DNA of 64,000 nucleotides from Octopus vulgaris (GCA_951406725.2 OX597833.1:36208001-36272000); one strand, 5' to 3'; positions 12,589 to 26,266 are shown, numbered from the stretch's first letter. Numbers and translations: made by a program. The notes: generated from the sequence alone by a model not told the origin.

Positions 12589-13422
12589 AAAGTATGTATA
12601 TTAATAATGTGTGTGCGTGTACCTATGTGTGGGCGTATGTGTGTGTGTGCGCGTGTGTGTGAGTGATAAAACAGTCACCTGTTTTAACGGTATAATCCAC
12701 TTGTTTACAGAAAATAAATCTGCTGACAACAAATGTGCTGTTTTCTTTTGTTTTCCTAATAGGTTCATAATACAAACACATACAAACACACACAAACACG
12801 CATATAACCATACTCATGCATATGCATAAATACACACACACACACACACATATTTGTATCTCCAGTTAATATCGAGTATCTTGCAAGCCATATACTAAGA
12901 TGTAATATACATATATATATATGTATGTAGGTAGGTATGTGCATGTGTGTGTGTATGTATGTATGTATGTATGTATGTATGTATGTATGTATGTATGTAT
13001 GTATGTATGTGTGTGTATGTATGTATGTATGCATGTATCAGCCACTCACATGATGACATCCCAGTACACAGTTGTTCAGTTAGATCTTACATATTCATGT
13101 AATTATTTATATAATAATTTATGTAATAGTATGGTATGGAAAACTCATGAATTAACAGCTGTTACAAGGGCACACAAACAATTGTGATTTGTAATCAAAG
13201 CTTGTTCATTCCTTCTTCTTGTTTTATAAGCTTTTATATGTATGATTTTCTTTGGATTTTATTTAAGCTCTTCTAACAAGGCAACAAGTCTTTTTGAGTT
13301 AAGAGACGTCTCGGTGTAGAAAATTTACCTGCCTTTAAAGTTTGAATTTTAGCCTCTATTGCCGATATACCTGATATCGTAATCGTCTATTTCCATGGGG
13401 ACAGCATTAATATTATCGCAAT

Positions 13423-13600
13423 TCACTCTGCCATGTCCCTGGTGATGGACCTGATTGACTTGGATGGATCGTTATCAATCATGGCCTGGATCACCAACAA
13501 ATTCAGAAGTTCTTTTCTTATCAGAACGATCAGCGTGAGTTTTCCGAGCTGCTGTGCCTTCGTAATCACGTACCTTTTTGGGGTCATTGCTGCATTTTTT
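13423..13600 (-). mobile_element. maT/DD37D-like transposase N-terminal fragment
   Basis: IQAMIDNDPSKSIRSITRDM helix-turn-helix, homologous to the adjacent plus-strand element (QQTID*NPRKSMRSIAKDL). Confidence 0.7.
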
Positions 13601-13609
13601 TTTTTTTTG

Positions 13610-14760
13610 ATAACTCTGTATAATCTTTGTTTCAGAAAATAATAATGACAGACCCTCGATTTACTCCAGAAATGAAGAGACATGCTGTTATTGTGGTAAT
13701 ATAAGCTGACCATAGTGATTTAGAAATATCTCGAGTTGTAAAAGTTGCCAGATATTTCGTTTACAAGGTTGTAAGGAGCTAGAGTCTGAAGATGGAAACG
13801 TATCACAAGTATCAAAGCATGAAAAGCATTCTAAATGCTCTGAAATCATCAGAACACCTGAATTTATCCAGCAAGTTCAACAGACCATTGATTAGAATCC
13901 CAGAAAGTCCATGAGGTCAATTGCAAAAGATCTCCACGTGTCAGAAGGAACAGTCAGAAATGTTGTCCACAAAGACATCAGATATAAGTCTTATGTGATG
14001 AGGTAAGATCAGTTAGTCAGAAAAAGAAAAAGAAAATCTCTACATCTGATCTAAAAGGCTCTTAAACAAATTGAAAAATCCAACAGATTTGATTTGGTTT
14101 TTCTCAAACGAGAAAAACTTCGACCAAGATCAAAATGTTAACAGAAGAAATGACAGATGGTTATGTGCAGGCCCTTCTGAAGTTCCAAGTGTTATGCATA
14201 CAAAATTTCCTGAAACCGTCATGGTTTTGGGGAGTTGTCAGTAATGAAGGACATGTGGTACCTACTTCCACAAGGTCTCAAAATTAACTCTGCTGCTACA
14301 TTGAGGTCCTGGAAATAATCGTTAAGCCCTGGATAGACAGCGTATGCAATGGCAGGCCACATGTGTTTCTGTAAGACTCTGCATTATCACACATGGATCT
14401 AGTAATACAGGAATGGTTGGCTGAAAATTTTCATGATCCCATAACCCCTAACATTTGGCCTCCTAATTCCTCAGATCTCAATCCATGTGGAGCTTTGTTG
14501 AGAGAGAGGTCAATGAACACGCCCATCACACCAAAGATTCTTTGAAAGCTGCCATAGTCAGAGTAATGTCCAAAGTGAACCAGGACCAATTGATTCGAGC
14601 ATGTAGATGATTTAGATCTCATATAGTAGCAGTTGTTGAAGCTGAAGGTGGTTTTATTGAATAACATTATAGAAAAGAAGGTTTATTTTTATCCTCACAT
14701 TATATTTTGATAAAGTTATTATCTGTTATTACATATCTGGTTTTTTTTATAAATATCCTT
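13610..14760 (+). mobile_element. Near full-length pseudogenised Tc1/mariner-superfamily (maT/DD37D-like) transposase
   Basis: ATG 13645 to TAA 14664 with stops and frameshifts; FFSNEKNFDQDQNVNRRNDRWL, VMVLG, *DSALSH, WPPNSSDLNP, AVVEAEGGFIE*. Confidence 0.9.
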
Positions 14761-14838
14761 ACACACACACACACACATGTATGAAATCCTGTGTATTTGT
14801 GTACGTTTGCGAGTTATGCGTGTGTATGTATGTGTGTG

Positions 14839-14869
<31 letters not shown>

Positions 14870-14911
14870 ATGTATGTATGTGTGTGTGTATGTGTATGTA
14901 TGTATGTATAT

Positions 14912-14947
<36 letters not shown>

Positions 14948-14951
<4 letters not shown>

Positions 14952-15812
14952 ACAATTTAACAGTTAAAACATATGCATACATACATACATATATGTACAT
15001 ACCTACATCTATATGTATATATACATGCATATATATATATATTCCTCCCTCGTCCACCTTCTCTCTCTTTTCATCTGTCCCTTTCTCTTGTCTTTTGTTC
15101 TCACGTGACCGCTGACCGCTGTTGAGCGCTCTTTTCGTTCCAGCAGCCGTTGAAGCAACACGTACTTGTTCGTCTCCCTGTGGCCATTAGGCACAACTTC
15201 ATAAGCCAGCCCCATGCTCAATTCGTCCTGTCGAAAGACCCTTGTCCTACGTCCTGGTTTTGTTTTGTTGTTTATTTTTTATACTTTATTTTTACCGTTA
15301 TTGTTTTTACGTTTTTGTATTCTTATTGTTGTCACGTATTCTGTATTTTTGTTCGTGTACTTCGTTCGTTTTCCGTCCTCGTGTTGTATACATTCGAAGC
15401 TTTCTTCCAGGGGATCTAATGCACTTGGCTTAGATTTCCCGTGGCGGGCTGCCCATATCGGAGCAATCTCAAGATTAATCAGCTGAAATTGCTAAGATGA
15501 TCTGGTTCTTGACTGATGACTGAGGGCTTCGAATGTCCCGTCCTGTGGTTCTTGTGTCGTCTCTGTGGCGTTTCATGTTCTTGTCCATGTCTGTAATTAT
15601 TTTTACTGTTTACCTATATATATATATATATATATTTGTTTATTTTATAGAAGGAGCTTCTACAGGACTAGAACTGTTTCATTCAAAAGAAATCATCTTT
15701 TGAATAAAACAGTTCTAGTCCTGTAGAAACTCCTTCTATAAAATAAATTAATTACTCTGCTATGTATTGAGTACCTTATTTACTGTGGTTAACCCCGACT
15801 CAACCCGGGACC

Positions 15813-15868
<56 letters not shown>

Positions 15869-16027
15869 TACAGGACACTACAAATAAACGTAGAACACAA
15901 TTTTTGTGGTGTCCTATACTCATATATATATATATATATATATATATGCATGTATATATACATATAGATGTAGGTATGTACATATATGTATGTATGCATA
16001 TGTTTTAATTGTTAAATTGTTATTATA
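14948..16027. repeat. Cluster of Penelope-like terminal fragments bounded by an inverted repeat of about 85 bp
   Basis: 14948-15035 is the reverse complement of about 15945-16027; internal hairpins at 15639-15747 and 15865-15925; related copies at 19950-20100 and 25490-25770. Confidence 0.6.
15639..15747. repeat. Near-perfect 109-bp palindrome (fold-back)
   Basis: TTTATTTTATAGAAGGAGCTTCTACAGGACTAGAACTGTTTCATTCAAAAGA, then a 5-nt loop, then its reverse complement with about 2 mismatches; the left arm on the minus strand has GAAAC AGTTCTA GTC. Confidence 0.9.
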
Positions 16028-16073
16028 TGATTGAACGCCTCGCGTCACTTTCTTATTTCTCCAAGTAAGTTTT

Positions 16074-16153
<80 letters not shown>

Positions 16154-16561
16154 ATACATACAAATATACACATATATACATACATAGCTATTTTTATTTA
16201 TACAACCTCTAATTAATCTTTCAACTTCAAACTTCTAAAACTTTGCTTATTCAGCAATATGAGTTAATAAGATAATGAACAATAAAAAGTGATTGACGGC
16301 ACAAGTGATTATTTTATAGACCATTGTGACTTTTAGCATGTACACACGCACACACATACATCACACACATCACACACACACAGCCATACACCCACACATA
16401 CGTATATATGTGTATGTGTGCTTGTGCTTGCATGCATGTATATTGATATTTCTCGACCAATACTGAGAGTTAGCACTTGATAAAACTATTCCTAAAGTTA
16501 CATAATATTTCTTACGCACTAGAAATAAAATGCACTCTTGTGAGTTTCTTTATACTTATTC

Positions 16562-16896
16562 ATCCTTAAATCCTTAAAAATGTTTTAGCCCGAAGGCCGC
16601 GGCCATGCTGGGTCACCACCGCTGAATGAGCTACACTAATATGTGAATCCACCTCTGATACGTGGCACTTGATCAACAAGGGAGTTCGATGCTGCTGCCC
16701 GCATCTGCGTCTCCTGTCGTGAGGTAGGTTCATCTGGGACTCCCGACAAGAAGAGATCCAGTTTAGTTTTAAAGAAACCCACATCCACACCATGTAAGTC
16801 CCTTAGGCATTTAGAGTGGATGTTAAAGAGCTGTGGTCCTCTGAAACCCAAGCTGTTGCAGTATCTGGACCTGTATTTTGATGGTGATGTTGGAAT
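16562..16896 (-). mobile_element. 3' end of a CR1/L2-group LINE
   Basis: NSLGFRGPQLFNIHSKCLRDLHGVDVGFFKTKLDLFLSGVPDEP...RAAASNSLVDQ* typical of ORF2 C-termini; short 3' UTR stem-loop and TTTAAGGA-like tail repeats. Confidence 0.8.
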
Positions 16897-16949
16897 ATTA
16901 TTAATATTTAGTTTGGAACATTACCATATTAGTATTGTATATAGGTTAA

Positions 16950-17261
16950 TTTTTTATGCGTCCTTTTCAAGCCTAGCCAGTCCCATGGGCACGGTTTCCC
17001 GGTTTCTATGGCGTAAGTGCCCCCCCCCCAGCTGGACGGGACGCCAGTCCATCACAGCATTACTCAAGACACAGGAAGAAAGAGTGAGAGAATGTTGAGG
17101 CGAAAGAGTACAACAAGTGTCGCCACCACCCCCTGTTAGAGCATCGTGGAGCTTTAGGTGTTTTCGCTCAATAAACACACCCAACGCCCGGTCTAGGAAT
17201 CGAAACCGTGATCCTCCGACCACGAGTCCGCTGCCCTAACATACTGGGCCATTGCGCCTCC
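16950..17261 (-). mobile_element. tRNA-derived SINE with a V-domain-like segment
   Basis: Head GGAGGCGCAATGGCCCAGT..TTAGGG, B-box GGTTTCGATTCC; GATGGACTGGCGTCCCGTCCAG resembles the V-SINE domain; A-rich tail. Confidence 0.75.
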
Positions 17262-17524
17262 ATATTTAGGTTACTATCTAACCTACATACAATGATAATA
17301 CGGTAAAACCTGCTGACCCATGTTTGAGACTGTCACTCTTTCGAATTTGGCAGTACAATGCCCCGACTTCTACTACGTGATTCCTGTACTATTTTCTTAC
17401 CGTCTTACACCCCTTTGTGACCTGTCTTCCCCTGTTCTCTATTTTACATGAACATCTCTATCTTCCTCCTACCTTCCCCACACAATAGCCATTCCTCTAG
17501 TGCTTTACTTGTTATATCCAGAAA

Positions 17525-17649
17525 TGGCTCTGACGAAAGTAGCATTCATTTTCTTAGGTCGTTCAATTTGCCTCAGTTGATCAATAGACCAACGGAGTAA
17601 ACTTATCAGTAATGTACCTTTAATGGCTACTGGAAACGACTGTAAGCCA
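17525..17649 (+). ncRNA. Type I hammerhead ribozyme motif with long stem II insertion
   Basis: Stem I TGGCT(17525-29)/AGCCA(17645-49); core CTGACGA 17530-36; stem II AGTAGC/GCTACT closing an 82-nt loop; GAAAC 17633-37; stem III AC-GACT-GT; cleavage triplet GUA 17642-44. Confidence 0.75.
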
Positions 17650-17847
17650 AGTTTGCTCAAATAGAAGAATTATATGTAATGACCGTTATTTTTAACTTGT
17701 TTCCTATGTGTGTGCGTATTTACATAGACACATAGGTACGCTCACACACACACACGCATGCACGCACGCACATACATACATACATACAAACATACATACA
17801 TACATACATACATACATACATACATACATACATACAAACACACACAC

Positions 17848-17878
<31 letters not shown>

Positions 17879-18270
17879 CATACATACATACATACACACA
17901 TACATGCATACATACATACATACATACATACATACATACATACATGCATACATACATATATACATACATGCATGCATACATACATACATACATACATACA
18001 TACATAAATACATACATACATACATACATACATACATACATACATACATACATACATACATACATACATACATACATACATACATACCTGCATATTCCAT
18101 TCCGATGTTCGCAATATTCTTGAGATCAAATATCGTTGAATCACAGACAATTGTAAATTTATATAGTAAACCTTCTAGCTTTTATTCAATCTCATTGTTA
18201 ATATTTCTTTCTGTTATAGGCTCAAGGCCTGAAATTTGGTGGAATTGGGAGTCTAGGTTTGACACATGTG

Positions 18271-18312
<42 letters not shown>

Positions 18313-18406
18313 TGTGTCATATATACATGTGTGTATGTGTGCATGCGTATCAATATAAGAGTATTTTATATCTAAACGCTTTCCTTAATAAAATATTCAT
18401 GTTAAG

Positions 18407-18466
18407 GCTCTGATGAAAGCTATGCAATGTTCACAGATTTTTTTTATAGTTGAAACAGACGTAAGC
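18407..18466 (+). ncRNA. Type I minimal hammerhead ribozyme motif
   Basis: Stem I GCT/AGC; CTGATGA 18410-16; stem II AGCTAT/ATAGTT with a 22-nt loop; GAAAC 18452-56; AC-AGAC-GT; GUA 18461-63. Confidence 0.7.
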
Positions 18467-18857
18467 AAATAAATGGTTACGTAACTGCATTTCTGTTGTC
18501 ATTCATTTATTACATACTTGTGTATGTTTGTGTGCATGTGTTTTGTGAGCGTGTGTCTTAGGATGTCTGTCAGTATAACGATATTCCGTAGAGTGCATTT
18601 TAATTCTAGCACATGAGAAATGTTATGTAACTTTAGGAATAGTTTTATCAAGTGCTAACACTCAGCATTGGCCGACAATATATCAAGACATATATATGGG
18701 TGTGTAAAAAGATACAATGGTTAATAAAATACTCACTTGTACCGTCAATCACTTTTTATTGCTCTTTGTGTTATTAACTCCTATAACAGAATAAGCAAAA
18801 TTTCAGAGGAGTTGAAAGATTAATTAGAGGTGGCACAAATTCTTATAACTGTGTATA

Positions 18858-18969
<112 letters not shown>

Positions 18970-19027
18970 AGCGCATACATTCGGACTATGCCCTCTTTTT
19001 TATTTTATTTTTTCACTTTTATTTCTT

Positions 19028-19276
19028 CGCAGGAGTGGCTGTGTGGTAAGAAGCTTGAGTCCCAACCACATGGTTCCGAAACACACACACACATATATAT
19101 ATATACATATACACGACAGGCTTCTTTCAGTTTCCGTCTACCAAATCCACTCACAAAGCTTTGGTCGGCCCGAGGCTATAGTAGAAGACACTTTCCCAAA
19201 GTGCCACGCAGTGGGACTGAACCCGGAACCATGTGGTTGGTAAGCAAGCTACTTACCACACAGCCACTCCTGCACC
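19028..19276. mobile_element. Two SINE family A 5' parts in inverted orientation
   Basis: Plus-strand head 19028-19078 and minus-strand head/CORE half 19112-19276. Confidence 0.8.
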
Positions 19277-19375
19277 TTGTATGTATGCCTGTGAATGTGT
19301 ATTTTTGTATGTATGCATGTGTGTGTGAGTGTGTGTGTGGGTATTGATATATTTATGTTTCTGTGAATATGTATT

Positions 19376-19418
<43 letters not shown>

Positions 19419-19588
19419 CTATTTAAAACAGCTTGATTCGGCTCCGTACGATTTAAAAGTTTGAAAGCCGAATCAAATTGTTTCAAATAATATTATATGT
19501 AACTCCAACGAAATGTATTGAGGGGCTTTTTCTATCGTTTGACGACTCCCCCCGTACATCTAAATATGTATATATAAACACACGCACA

Positions 19589-19626
<38 letters not shown>

Positions 19627-19859
19627 CACACACACACAAACACGAATGTATGCACATATATATATACACACATATAAATATATGTATATAATATCTCACA
19701 CACACATGCACGCACTAACAGACACATAAACACACATACACAAACATATATATATATACAGAAGATATGAGGAGTTTAGGTCAAGGTAACACCCAAACTA
19801 ATTGGTTTGCATACTGAGTGCTCAAATTTGGTAATCCACCAGATACATAAATACATACA

Positions 19860-19957
<98 letters not shown>

Positions 19958-20137
19958 ATGATCTGGAACTCGACTGAGGATAGAAAACTCCGAATGATCC
20001 GTCCTTGGTTTCCTTGTATCGTCTGTATGGATAATTTGCTTTCCTTTTTTCTTGTTTCACCTAACTGGCATGATGTTTTGCGTTCTTACCCCATATTTGT
20101 ATCATATATATATATATATATATACATATATATATAC

Positions 20138-20198
<61 letters not shown>

Positions 20199-20468
20199 GT
20201 GTGTGTGTGTATGTATGTATTATGTATGTATGTATGTATGTATGTATGTATGTATGTATGTATGTATGTATATATATGCATGTTATAGATATACATATTC
20301 ATATACAAACACAGACACAAACGCAGGCAGAGGGACACATACACACATATATATAATATTTCTTCTGTCTAATGATTAAACGCACCAGACATTAATGCAA
20401 TTTCAACTAAATGTGAGCACAAAATCAAAATAGAATTATTACAATTTGCATACAGACGAGATACGTAC

Positions 20469-20503
<35 letters not shown>

Positions 20504-20827
20504 CGCACACATGCACACATATACACAATGCACACATACACATATGTATGATAAATGATTGTGTGCGTTTCTGTGTATAGATAGTAAGGCATGTATCTAT
20601 ATACACACGTGTATGTATGTGAGAAAGAGACAGCGAGAGAGAAAAAGAGAGAGAGAGAGAAGGAGAGACACAGGGATAAAGAATTAAATGATGCAAATTG
20701 AGATGGAACCATTTTCAAACATAAGCAAATATTTACACAAGTGCATGCACGCGCACATCGAAGCATGCACACTAAGGTACAAGCGGATATACTTGCAGAA
20801 ATTTCCTACTCAAGTATACACTCATCA

Positions 20828-21366
20828 GTATGTATGTATGTATGTATCTATGTATGTATGTATGTATGTATGTATGTATGTATGTATGTTTGTATGTATG
20901 TATGCATGCATGTATGTATGTATGTATGAATATATGTATGTATGTATTTATGCATGTATATATATATGTTTGTATGAATGTATGTATGTATGAATATATG
21001 TATGTATGTATTTATGTTTCTATGTATGTACGTATATATGTATGAATGTATGAATGCATGTATTATGATTGTATGTATGTGTATTTGTATGTATGTATTT
21101 GTTTGTACGTATGTCTGTATATATGAATGTATGTATGTATGTTTGTATGTATGTATGTATTTATGTTTGTATGTATGAATGTATGTATGTATGTATTTAT
21201 GTTTGTATGTATGTATGAATGTATGTATGTTTGTATATATGTATGTATCTACGTTTGTATGTTTGTATGTATGTATGTATGTTTGTATATATGTATGTAT
21301 TTATGTTTGTATGTATATATGTATGATTGTATGTATGTATGTATGTATGTTTGTATGTATGCATGA

Positions 21367-21397
<31 letters not shown>

Positions 21398-21610
21398 AAT
21401 GTATGTATGTATGTATTTATGTTTGTATGTATGTAAGTATGTATGAATGTATGTATGTATGTATGTATGTATGTATGTATGTATGTATGTTTGTATGTAT
21501 GTATGTATGTTTGTATGTATGTATGTTTGTATGTATGTATGTATGTATGCATGTTTGTATATGTGTTTGTATGTATTTGCATATATATATGTGTGTGTAT
21601 GTATGTATAC
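20828..21610. repeat. Degenerate (TATG)n tetranucleotide array
   Basis: About 780 bp of TATG units with TTTG and AATG variants; other large CATA/TATG arrays at 4140-4368 and 17770-18085. Confidence 0.95.
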
Positions 21611-21990
21611 ATGTATAAATACATATGCATATACAATAATGAATACGTGTGTGCGTATGTTTATGTGTATTCATGTATATATAAACACACATATAGAAGT
21701 ACTCACTCTTTCCTGCACACATATAAGACAACAGAGCAATAAATAAACACATCCGTATATACACCCAAACTGCAGTAGATAAACATATACACCTTATGAA
21801 GAGGAAATATAAGCAGAAATATAAATACAGAGGCACATTCATAAGGCGAAACTCAGATGTCTACACACTCGTACTAACACACCAAACAAAAATGCGTGCA
21901 TTTAAATGATATATAATAATGTACACCCACATACACACACAAAAACACATACATAAATACATACATACTGCATACAAAACTATATCTGTA

Positions 21991-22045
<55 letters not shown>

Positions 22046-22474
22046 TATATATATATGTATATACACAAGTATATATACATATATACACATATATATACAC
22101 ACACATATATATAAATATATATATACACATAGACACATATATGCTTATATATATGCATGTATATATGTATATATATATATAGATAGATATGTATATCTAT
22201 ATATATATATATATTAATATACATACACACACACACATATATGTATATATATATATATATATATGTATTCATATATGTGTATATGTATATATATGTGTGT
22301 GTATGTACGTATATATGTATATATCTATATATACATATACATATGTGTGTGTATGTATGTATATATTATATGCAGAGAAATACTAATAGCCCTACAGGTG
22401 AATCATACCTTTTGTATATGTTAACCCTCATCTGTTATTTAACTAGAAACTTTTACTCACTCTCACTCTCTCTC

Positions 22475-22517
<43 letters not shown>

Positions 22518-22587
22518 TCATGATTCTTGCATTCGCTCTAAGTGTATATATATATATATGTGTCTGCGGGTGTGTGAGTTAGTGTGT

Positions 22588-22669
<82 letters not shown>

Positions 22670-22879
22670 ATGCGTGTGTGTTTCTGTTTGTAGAAGTAGT
22701 CTGCAAAAGCTGAGCAATTAGGGCCAACACACAAGAAAGAAATCAGACGCGCAATTAAGAATGCTTTAAAACGCTTGCACACATTGCAACGAGTTCCCAA
22801 AAGATACCGTCAAAAGATACTGCACCTTCTCTCTCTCTCTCTCTCTCTCCTTGCACAGACGTGTATACTGCACGGACGT

Positions 22880-23075
22880 ACAGTCCGGAATCATTTCTCA
22901 GAGAACGGCTGAAGGGAGTCGAAGAAGAGGCAGAGTAAATCCTGAACCCACAGAATTAAGGACGGGACAGGTATCAACGCTGAAGCCCTTCTGTGCGTGA
23001 TGGAGGACAGGTATTGATGGTAGATGCTGACAGTCACTGCGTCTGGAATGGTACAACATCGAGTAGCTGTGGCAG
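22880..23075 (+). mobile_element. 3' end of an RTE-type LINE
   Basis: TAEGSRRRGR / IKDGTG..ALL..MEDRY*W matches the GxxEGxRRRGR..W.DNIKEWTG....AEDR..W C-terminus of RTE ORFs. Confidence 0.65.
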
Positions 23076-23290
23076 TCACGGAAGAAATAGTGATGATGGG
23101 ATATATACATATCCATATATATATACATATATATATGAGAGAGATATATATATAAAGAAAGAGAGAGAGAAAGAGAGAGAGAGATAGTGATGAACACGTT
23201 TAGGCTTGATATCTAAAACATACATACATATACACAGGTATATATATATATACATGCATAGGAAGGTTTGGAGATGGTGTACAAGTATTA

Positions 23291-23540
23291 TATATTAGAA
23301 GAAATGAGGTACTCAGAAGATCGGATGGTTTATATTTACAGATATTTATTTGTATATTACATTTTTATATATATATATATCTTATATCACTTAGATCATT
23401 AGCGCTTTCTCCTATTCTAGTGGGGTTTTCAAATCAAACTAAGTTCCATATAAAATGGTCAAAACTCCTCACACAGGAACTTAGTTTGATTTGAAAACCC
23501 CACTAGAATGGGAGAAAGCGCTAATGATCTAAGTGATATA

Positions 23541-23577
<37 letters not shown>

Positions 23578-23620
23578 AATGTAATATTAAATATAAACCA
23601 ACCTCATTTCTTCTAATATA
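23291..23620. repeat. Long fold-back inverted repeat
   Basis: Inner arms of about 80 bp are nearly perfect (CTTATATCACTTAGATCATTAGCGCTTTCTCC...AAGTTCC) around a loop of about 27 nt; outer arms TATATTAGAAGAAATGAGGT and its complement. Confidence 0.9.
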
Positions 23621-23672
23621 CATGCATATATACACTCACATATACATATACATATAAATACATAGATATATA

Positions 23673-23730
<58 letters not shown>

Positions 23731-23782
23731 ACCTTTGAAATATATATATATATATATAGTATTCCTACACAAGAATGCTGTT

Positions 23783-23836
23783 GACAGGGACTTCGAAGTT
23801 TCGGCCACCTCAACCAGCAATTATCGTCAGCAGTCT
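23783..23836 (-). ncRNA. Hammerhead ribozyme core with palindromic stem III
   Basis: Minus strand CTGACGA...GGTTGAGGTGGCC GAAAC TTCGAA GTC; ACTTCGAAGT is a perfect palindrome; stem I is poorly paired. Confidence 0.55.
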
Positions 23837-23971
23837 GATAATGCTTAGATGATCATTTAAATGCGAATAATAAATTCGTACTTTACAAAAGTATTGAGTA
23901 ACCCATGAGATTACTGTAAAATTGTTTTTACTATAACTGAACATCAAAACAAACATTTATGCATATATATA

Positions 23972-24003
<32 letters not shown>

Positions 24004-24007
24004 ATGT

Positions 24008-24279
24008 TTTATTCATTTAGATGTTTCAGTCCAATGGCTGTGGCCATGCTGGAGCACCGCCATTGTAATCTTCTTTCCACTTTCCACCTTTGCTGGGGCG
24101 GCTTTTTCGATGATACTGCCCTCTTTTGAGTTTCTTGCTTAGATATTGACTCATCTGGGATCTCGATGAGCCAGAGGTCAAGTTCACGTTTGGAAACGTT
24201 TACATCCACACCATGGAAGCTCCTCAGATACTTCGACAGAGAGTTAAACAGCTGTGGGCCCTGGAAATCCAAGCCATTG

Positions 24280-24282
<3 letters not shown>
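24008..24282 (-). mobile_element. 3' end of a CR1/L2-group LINE (second copy)
   Basis: DFQGPQLFNSLSKYLRSFHGVDVNVSKRELDLWLIEIPDE, homologous to 16562-16896; tail GGCGGTGCTCCAGCATGGCCACAGCC..GACTGAAACA. Confidence 0.8.
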
Positions 24283-24368
<86 letters not shown>

Positions 24369-24561
24369 TAGAATAAGAAATAGAAAGCCCTTGGTACAGA
24401 ATTGTATATTTGAAAAAATGAATAGAAATGGTTTAATAGATAATTTTTCCTCTTTAATAATTGGATGCTTACAATTTGTAGAAAAAATTATCAGAAAAGA
24501 CGTTTCTATTCATTTTTTCATATATATGTATATATAAATGCATACATACATGCATACATAT

Positions 24562-24678
<117 letters not shown>

Positions 24679-24748
24679 TAGATATATATAGATCTATTAT
24701 ATATATATATACATGTATGCATACATATATATATACATACATATATAT

Positions 24749-24814
<66 letters not shown>

Positions 24815-25210
24815 ATACATACACACACACAGATATATATATATTTATACATATAAGAAGAGAGATATGTAGATACAGAGACATATAAAGAGAGAACCAA
24901 AAACGGAAAAAATTCGTATGAACATCCATATATAAGCATATATATGTGTATATAAGCATATATATGTGTGTGTATATATATATATATACCTAACAGTATA
25001 TATATATATATACCTAACAGTAAATCAAAGCCAATTAAGCCCAAGATTTATTTATGTCTAACAACTGAATTAGCTTAATAAGACCAGCTAAATATGAAAA
25101 TTGTTCAAACTGATGTCCTTGTAAACATTCATAATTGGAAGGAATAAATAAAACTGAACTTTAAATGTTTATGGAATTTTAATTTAGTGTGGGGTTACTT
25201 TTGCCAACCT

Positions 25211-25300
<90 letters not shown>

Positions 25301-25447
25301 TATTATAATTTAGCGTGGTTGTGTCTCTTACATACCCTGAATTATAATATTAATAATAATTATTACCTTTGAAGGTTTTTATTACCATGCTGGCCACTTG
25401 ATAAGATCGATATTTAAATTAACAATCTTATCCTTATTTATATAAAT

Positions 25448-25494
<47 letters not shown>

Positions 25495-26000
25495 ATTTAA
25501 TAAATAAAACATATGCATACATACATATATGTATATACCTACATCTATATGTATATATACACGCATATATGGGTACAGGACACCACAAATAAACGTAGAA
25601 CACAACGAGAAACGGAAACATAAAAACAAAACAAGGAAACGGACTTTTTTTAACAACGAAAAAAAAACAGAGTACAAGACAAACAAAGTACAAGACAAAC
25701 AACACGAGGAACATTCCCCTTCTTCAGCTGCCCCTCTTTTGACTCATTGCGTGTTTCGGATTTACAAAAAATGCGGAAAACCAAATGAAGGTTTGGTATT
25801 TAAAATATGACAGCTGTTTTTAGGGGCTCAGGATTACATAATACCTGTAATGTTCAGAATGTGTAGTGTAACTACAAATCAGTTATTCATTGCAACGTGT
25901 TTTCTATACTAAGCATTTTTGGGTTTCACCTGTTGATTATGTATACATGTATGTTTGTGTGCGTCTGTGCGTTTGTTGTGTGCATGTGTGCGCACGCGTT

Positions 26001-26040
<40 letters not shown>

Positions 26041-26061
26041 ACATATGCACACATACGCACG

Positions 26062-26092
<31 letters not shown>

Positions 26093-26182
26093 GTATATAT
26101 ATATATGCATACATACCTATCAAGGGTAGAACAGAAAGAACACAAGCGAAAATCCAACAAAACATGCAGAAAATTAGACGAT

Positions 26183-26266
<84 letters not shown>

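Noticed and set aside
13645-14664. Intact or domesticated transposase gene
   Set aside because: Multiple stops and frameshifts, and the first catalytic motif reads FSNEK.
15505-15545. CTGATGA at about 15513 as a hammerhead core
   Set aside because: The downstream element is CGAATG rather than GAAAC, and the homologous copy near 19972 reads CTGAGGA without clear stems.
25700-25770. Minus-strand GAAAC...GTC...CTGAAGA as a type II/III hammerhead
   Set aside because: Stems could not be paired convincingly; probably a truncated terminus fragment.
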